A stretch of DNA of 64,000 nt from Macrostomum lignano (Eukaryota): contig NIVC01003099.1 in NCBI GenBank assembly GCA_002269645.1, positions 55,487-119,486 of the forward strand, written 5' to 3'. Positions within the stretch are counted from its first letter, which is position 1. Every line of letters starts with the position of its first letter. The translations under genes and the position numbers were made by a program. The notes under the pieces are model-generated. The model was given only the letters and a program-made list of their open reading frames with translations, was not told where the DNA came from and made no database searches. Below are positions 56,774 through 64,000 of this stretch, one piece after another.

Positions 56774-57232
56774 GCATTTCAGTTATTTGTTACATTTTTA
56801 GAGTTAAACGTTTTTCTCAAATCAAACATTTTTAGTATATAGGACTAGCTGTCTGCGCCCCCATCGGGGAAGCAACAAAGCAATAAAGCATTGAAGCTTG
56901 AAAGTCAGTAATCTAGCCTCTAGCCTAAGATATAAGCATTCCCTTGTGAGCTTTGGCGATGGCATAACCCTAACTCTCTCTTTGATCTACCTGTGGCTTG
57001 GCAAATTTCCAACTGACCCTTGGCAACTCAGGGCTACATGAGCCACCGCATTTCAGCAATCCCCTCATGAGTCTTGACATCTTGGCTATTCCCTTATTAG
57101 CTTTAGCATCCCAGAAATTACCCTAAGAGCTGCAGCATTTTAACAACCCCCATATGCTTTAACATCTCAGCAATTCACCCTATAAAACTTAATATCTCAG
57201 CAATTCTCCTAAGAGTCATAGCATTATAGCAA

Positions 57233-57392
57233 TAGGGGCAGATCAAGAAAGTTTTTTTAGGGGGGGGGAGGGGTGAGGGCTATACCAAGCAACTGTAACG
57301 GAACATTAGAAAATAGACTTTATAAAGTTACAGCCCAAAAAGTATGGCCAATTTTTGGCAATGGCTTCCTTGCCCTCTTGAATCTACCACTA
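57233..57392. mobile_element. Short MITE-like element
   Basis: Imperfect TIRs TAGGGGCAGATCAAG and CTTGAATCTACCACTA with an internal G-run. Confidence 0.4.
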
Positions 57393-58499
57393 TATAGCAA
57401 TACCCCAAAGATTTGACTTATCAAAAATGGCTAAATAGAAAATATGGTAAAAATGATACTCAATTAAGCTACCAACAGTAGACTAATTATGTGCATAAGA
57501 AACAAATATTAAAATTTCTACTTTAAATGCTAAAATAACAGTTTGAAAATTGTTTTGAAACTTTGTACCTTGTCAAGTCTTTTCCTAAGTAACTTAGCAT
57601 ATCTAAAACAATTTAAGGCACTATTTTTTTCAAACTTTTTCTGTTTTTCCTATATTCTCTGCATAGATTTAGCAAACTAGTTATTAGTCTATTTAATATC
57701 TACTATCTAGAGCACTTAATTCCTTACTTGCTTTTATATTTACTCATTATTTTTATCTTGGCATAACTAGGACATATTTGTAGCAATTTTTGCTTATGTT
57801 TTCCTGTGGTTAATAAAAATCAATAACATATAAAACAATTTCATAACTATAATTATGTAATTCCTATTTGAACTTTGAGACCCTTAATATCAAAGAGCAT
57901 AGTATCTCAATGTAGATAATAAAATAGATATAAAAAAGTTTATAATTAATCAAAATTCAAAAAGAGGTGATTAGCAAGGGTAATGACTACATTGAAATAG
58001 TAAAGTGCCTTATAGTCTTTCCATTATTATAATCTAAGATTTCTAGCTAGTCAGCCATGATTTTATTTTTTACTTGCTTATACATTTTTAAATATGATTC
58101 CCCTATATATAAATTGGTACCCTTGACTGCAATTTGGTTATCTATTATTGCAATTTTTTTCACACTTTAGCTTAGTTTGTTTTCCTTATTTGCTTTTTCC
58201 TAGTCTCCCTTTTCTTTGCTTTCATTTTTTAATCTAATTATTTGTTAAACAGCTATTAATATTGTGACTTTGACTTACCTTGCTTAGCCTCTTATCTCCT
58301 AGCTTACTTAAATAGATTAGCTAGATATTACCTAATTATGATCAAGAAATATTTCTGATAAACAAAATTATATTGATTATTTGGCAAGAATAGGTATCAA
58401 GCTAACTTATATAAGTATATATCATAAGATTTAATTGTGGTTTAACCTTGTTACATTTTTAGTATATAATAACACTAGATATTACATGCATGATATAAA

Positions 58500-58900
58500 A
58501 CAGGGTTTCCAGGGGGTGCTTCATAAGACCTAAATTTCATAACACCTAAAACCAAATTAAAACTGCAGCCTCCTTCACTTCACATTGCCTACTACATTTC
58601 ATATTGCGGCATTGCCTAAATTTCCTAATGCCAAAAACCAATAATGCAGCCCCTTCAGGTCGCCTAAATTTCACAACACCGAAAATCTCCGCATGCTCCT
58701 TCCCATTCAGTTTTAGTTGTAGTGAACTTTAGGCTAGGGGATATGAAATTTAATTTAGTCAATATGAAGGAGGCTGCATGCCTGCATTTTCTGTTTTAGA
58801 GGAGTTATGAAATTTAGGCGATGTGAAAGAGCATGCAGATATTTTAGGCTAGGCGTTGTGAAATTTAGTCGATATGAAATTTAGGCGTTGTGAAGTATGG
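58500..58900. mobile_element. Foldback/MITE-like element with inverted arms
   Basis: CCTAAATTTCA(T/C)AAC and TGCAGCCTCCTTCA on the left are mirrored by TGAAGGAGGCTGCA and GTT(A/G)TGAAATTTAGG on the right. Confidence 0.55.
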
Positions 58901-59282
58901 TGGTTCTAAGTGTTGATTGCACAAGTAAATACGTTGCACAAATATAGTAAAGAGTTAAACAGTGTCAGTACACATATGACAGTATCAATAAAACTGAACT
59001 GTTTCGCGGAAAAGACTGTCTTTAGATAATCCACGCTGTAAGCAATACAACAAAGTAAAAATTTAGTACTTTAAATTTTTTTCTAATGTCCATAGTAATG
59101 CGCACTTATTATGAATTAAAAAACAATTTTAGTCAGTTCGATTATTTTCTTTTGGTACTTTTCTTTCTGTTTTTGATTACAATTCTTTTTAGTTCACCGC
59201 AATCATCTTATTTTACTAAGACATAAATTCGATTAGTGCGTGCAGGCCATACAAGAATAGTTTTATTCATGTTTATTTGATA

Positions 59283-62200
59283 ATGACGGAAGTAATATCA
59301 GAAAAGTATGTTTTATCCGACTCCATGGCCAAAACTAGGCCTGGAACCGAAGTTTTTTATCGTACAGATGCCAACGCCGGGCTGAATGATATTCGTAGAT
59401 TTCAACAAGAGAGATTTCGTCGCATTCATAGATTTCCTCCTAATCGAGGCTCAGCGGATGCAAAAAGCTTCGGAAAAGAATCGTCGCCGGAGTTTAAAAA
59501 GTTTGAAGACAGCGGGCTGCAGCGCTGCGCAGCACCGTATCGCGATTACGAAAGCATCGTTGATCCCATCTCCGGTAGCATCGGCGCTGGAGCTGCTTTT
59601 GTACGAGGACTGCCTGGCCGTCCTATTGGAGTTTACGCGCACAATGACGGGCCTCAGTACAACCGACCGCAGGTAATTAATAAGGACAGGGGCGGGCGTA
59701 CACCCCCAGTACATGTAAAAGATATATGGCGGGGCGACATATGCCAATTTAATGCTTTGTCTCCCCCACCCCACCTTGTGACCCGTTATGGAAATCAATA
59801 ATTTTGCTGCAGGGTGCCAAAATGAGTGCCTGTGGCGCTAAAATGAGTACCTGCGGCTGCGGCGCCAAAATGAGTGCCTGCGGCGCTAGAATGAGTGCCT
59901 CCGGTGCTAAAATGAGTGCCCACAGCGATAAAATGAGTTCGTGCGGCGCCAAATGACTGCCTGCGGAGCCAAAATAAATGCTGACAACACTGATTAGCCA
60001 TGTATACATGCATATGTATAATTGCTGGCTTGGTCCCCCAACCATAAAATCCATGGCGACGCCCTTAATAAGGAATAAAGAATAAATAGATGTCAACTTA
60101 GCCCGAAAGTAGAAATCGCTAATTTACTGTGGAGATGGTCAAACTAATTTATAACAGTATTGGACCGTACTGACTCAGAATTTGAGCAGTTTATAGTTCC
60201 GCTAAATAATTAGTTTAGGTAAGTAAGATCTAGGTTTTTTCCCGTTAAAATCCTGCATTAATTGGTATTCAGACTAGCGTTAGGTGAACGAGATTCGACA
60301 CTCGTAGCCGATCGAATCATATGAAGGCCCTCCGCGCCTCCGTATTTCTATCTTCAACGCGCGTTTTCCTAACAATCTGACCCAAATCTAAATCCTATCC
60401 CCAGACGATCCACTCCATTCGCAAAGGCATGCCAGGTGCCTACCCGGAAATCGATCGGGCCAGCGAGACCGAACCGCCGGCCTACCGGCCACGAGAAACT
60501 GGTCGGTCCCGGCTACACCCGCGCCGTGCAGGGCGGCTGGACAAGCGGCACGGATCAAACTCCGGAATCGGCCAAGTTGACTCTGCTCTGCCATCTGCCC
60601 AAGGCGCGGCCGGACATGTCCGAGAGGGACCGGCTGGCCTATAAGTACATCTACACGTCCACTACTCAGTCGTGAGTGAATTTTAAATCTCTAAAGGGTC
60701 GTACTATAAAGCTGTCGTAGCGTAAGTTCGATCGTACGTCGGAACTTTTACTGCGGAGAGAGGAGCTAAGACCGATCTTATTTTACGATGGCTTTATAGA
60801 ACCGGCCCTAAGTCTTTTTTCTACTGAACCTTGGCCCGTTCTATAAAGCCATCGTAAGATAAGATCGTTCTTAGCTCCTAAGGAGTATGGAGTCATACAT
60901 GTACTATATAAAGCTGTCGTAGCGTAAGTTCGATCGTACGTCGAAACTTTTACACTGCGGAGAGAGGAGCTAAGAACGCTCGTATCTTACGATGGCTTTA
61001 TAGAACGGGACCTATATATCCGCAATGTAAAAGTTCCGACGTACGACCGAACTTACGCTACGACAGCTTTTTATTAGAACCCCTTTTTCTCTGTCGAGCT
61101 AAATAAATAAACCATTTTGCAAAAGGGCTTGCAGACACCCGACTTCGCCGACATTTTCCCAGAATTCTGCCCATTCCGCTGACTCCTTCCGCTGACTCCT
61201 TCCGCTGACGTACCAATAACTGTACGCAGGCGCAGTACTCATACAGATGCTCACACAGGGTGTACAGCGACCAGCTGACTTTCAAATCGTCAGGATGTGA
61301 TAGACCCGTAAAATTAAATCCATGCCAGCAGGCATATGTAGCCAATTGTTTGATTGTAGTGGCCAGCAGTCAGTGACGACGTGTAGTCACAAGCAGAAGA
61401 ATTACTACATGACGCCTCTTTTTCCAGCAATCAAGCCTTTGTCAAGAGTCTTTGTCGCTGTTTGCTGGCATCCCCATAAAATATGGTTTCATTGTTTTAT
61501 ACCAAACTATCTAGTAGATTAATATATTTTTATTAGCATGCTTTCTCTATCGATATGAGCCGATTCAAAGTTCGTAATCACCTTCATTATACTTCAGCAT
61601 ACTTTCCACACTAAAACTAAGTAGTTTACAAGTAGTATAACGACTATTTATTTCAAACACAGTTATTTAAAGAAAACTTTATTTATGATGCAACGCATTC
61701 AACGGAAAATCAGCATTTTTGCTTGTTTATTTCCGGCCCTGTGTGATGACGCACAAGAACATTTTTGTTCAACACGCTTAGGTCATTTAGACAGAAGTTA
61801 CTATTTAAATTTCGCATTACCTACCGATACACACTACTATTAGTGCGTACGAGGCTGTGCCAGCCGAGGATATGCCAAGAGGCGGCTACAAGCGCTTCCC
61901 GCCAACCCACACGTTGGAGGCCCACGCTGACCCGGTGTCGCTGACCAACAATTCAAAAAAGACGCTGCCACCAGCTCAGACTTGGTGCTCTCAGGTGAGA
62001 TTTGGGTAGTTTCTCTGAGATTGGGATTTGGTATTTTCTCTGTCTATTGGGTATCTTCTCTGTCTACTGGGTATTTTTTCTGTCTATGGGGTCTCTTTTC
62101 TGTCTATTGGGTATCTTTATTCTCTGTCTATTGGGTATCTTTTCTGTCTATTGTGTATCTTCTCTGTCTATTGGGTATCTTTTCTGTCTATTGGGTATCT

Positions 62201-63802
62201 TTTCTGTCTATTGGGTATCTTTTCTGTCTATTGGGTATCTTTTCTGTCTATTGGGTATCTTCATTCTCTGTCTATTGGGTATCTTTTCTGTCTATTGTGT
62301 ATCTTCTCTGTCTATTGGGTATCTTATCCGTCTACTGGGTATCTTCTCCGGCTATTAGATATCATTTCCGCCTATCCTGTATCTACCTTAACTATCCGGA
62401 ATCTTTCATTAGCTATCGGGTACCTTTCAAAGAAACCAATTTACTCGTTAATACTCTTCTTTACACACAGGAGCGCGGTCTCACTTGGGACTTCAAGCAA
62501 CTGAGGCCCGACTATTACAATCGGCAGCGGCCATACACCTAGTAAGTACCCAAAGACACCCCACATATCGTTGCCTTCATTGTAACAGCCAAAAAGATAT
62601 TAAACAACTATCCAAAATCTTTTTATTTAAAACTGCAGCTGCAGCGTGGCCGTCGCACCGACCATCTGCCAACCTACTCGGGCTGCGTTGGCGCCGACAA
62701 TCCGCAAGAAATTGACAACCCGTACGAGCCGCTCCGGCCCTACACTGTGCTGCGCAATCCGCAGCCTAAGTTTGGCGTCAGCGGAGCGTAAGCTGGATTT
62801 GGTTTTATTGCCTCACTGGCACAGTGGGTCCATTCGCCTCGCCTCTATCCGGCCTCGATATTTCCGCCACACACCCACCTGATTCTAGACTAACCCTAAT
62901 CAACCCCCATCGCACCTAGTTAATTGTGCCGTCACACACCCACCCCATTTCAAACCCTTCCGAATCAACCCCTATCGCGCCCAAGTGCCGCCACACATCC
63001 ACCCCATTTCTAACCCTTCCGAATCAACCCCTATCGCGCCCAAGTGCCGCCACACATCCACCCCATTTTTAACCCTTCCGAATCAACCCCTATCGCGCCA
63101 AGTGCCGCCACACATCCACCCCATTTCTAACCCTTCCGAATCAACCCTATCGCGCCCAAGTGCCGCCACACATCCACCCATTTCTAACCCTTCCGAATCA
63201 ACCCCTATCGCGCCTATCTTAGTTCCGCCACACATCCACCCCATTTCTAACCCTTCCGAATCAACCCCTATCGCGCCTATCTTAGTTCCACCACACACCC
63301 ACCCCATTTCAAACTTCTCCAAATCAACCCTTTATCGCGCCTAGCTAGGTGGCGCCACACACTCACCCCATTTTAAACTCCTCCAAATCAGTCCCCCATC
63401 GCGCGACGCTCATTCCTGCATTTTAAATCCTTCATTTCGTATGCTTGTAGCCGAAACATCCTCAAAGTATTCAGAAAATAAGTTTGAACCAGATCATATT
63501 CCTAGCAAATCTTCCTTTCCAATCACTGCTCGCTGCAGTCCAACCGACATCCCCGGCTACACGGGACGTCGAGCTGCGGTGCAGTCCAGCGTCGGGCCTC
63601 GAACAAGTCAGCAGCAGCAGCAGCAGCAGTCGGTGAGCAGCGTCGCTCATCGGCGATGCCAGCGAGACCCGCGTCGACTTCATCGACGTGCCACGGTCGC
63701 TTCGGCAATCTGTCCAGCGTGGTGACCACTGTGGAGCCGAAGAATCCGTTCGGAGGTGCTGCCACCCGGACAACGTCGCCGCCTCAGCAGCAGCAGCAGT
63801 AA
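59283..63802 (+). CDS. SPATA48: SPATA48/SPMIP7-like ciliary/sperm microtubule inner protein; exons 59283-59672, ~60405-60671, 61844-61994, 62471-62541, 62639-62787, 63539-63802; contains single-base frameshifts
   Basis: Motifs collinear with SPATA48 as I recall it: RAVQGGWTS, YTSTTQ|SAYEAVP, TLEAHADPVS, WDFKQLR, LPTYSG..DNP, IPGYTG, LSSVVTTVEPKNPF. GT-AG junctions present. Confidence 0.8.
60705..61073. mobile_element. CpG-rich foldback element (A-B / B' / A-B / A') in SPATA48 intron 2
   Basis: Module A (~50 bp, AAAGCTGTCGTAGCGTAAGTTCG...TGCGG) is direct at ~60707 and ~60909 and inverted at 61020-61070. Module B (AGGAGCTAAG...TTATAGAAC) is direct twice and inverted at ~60838-60880. Confidence 0.7.
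62030..62350. repeat. 20-bp minisatellite in SPATA48 intron 3
   Basis: Unit CTATTGGGTATCTTTTCTGT. Confidence 0.88.
62930..63405. repeat. 59-bp tandem repeat, about 8 copies, in SPATA48 intron 5
   Basis: Unit CCGCCACACATCCACCCCATTTCTAACCCTTCCGAATCAACCCCTATCGCGCCCAAGTG (starts at 62988 and 63047). Confidence 0.88.
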
Positions 63803-64000
63803 AACAGCGTCGGGGTTCAATAAATGTTTATTCGATTTTCGTCAATTCTAAGAAATCTACATATCAATATTTAGGATTACTTCAGTAAGTTTTCTACCAT
63901 TTCTAGGTTAAATCCTTTTAAAAACTTAAAAAGCAGCTTCTAGAAATTACATGTAGAATACTGGAAAGTTTCGGTGTAATACGACCAGACGTAAATAAGT

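Overview
Eukaryotic (metazoan) genomic DNA. The Q-rich, CpG-rich exons, introns filled with minisatellites and gene content most resemble a free-living flatworm such as Macrostomum (inference, not proven). Six spliced host genes can be rebuilt with phase-consistent splice sites: triokinase/FMN cyclase TKFC (+), kanadaptin SLC4A1AP (+), a small RING + SIAH-type zinc-finger gene (-, only partly in the ORF track), a SoxD transcription factor (-, 6 coding exons over 12.6 kb), coatomer zeta COPZ1 (-) and SPATA48/SPMIP7 (+, with single-base frameshifts). The first 13 kb is a transposon graveyard: a decayed two-gene EnSpm/CACTA-like element, a LINE reverse transcriptase relic, a mariner relic and MITEs. 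About 25 tandem arrays occupy introns, UTRs and intergenic space, and they explain nearly all the long low-complexity ORFs. Main leads: TKFC appears to lack its own start codon and may take it from a trans-spliced leader; TA-NNNN-TA palindromes (TACATGTA, TAGGCCTA) are over-represented and one is caught as a 6-bp insertion in a repeat unit; a 20-bp templated insertion breaks the transposase; Sox-motif arrays lie inside and upstream of SoxD; several minisatellite families share cores. All counts and coordinates were read by eye.
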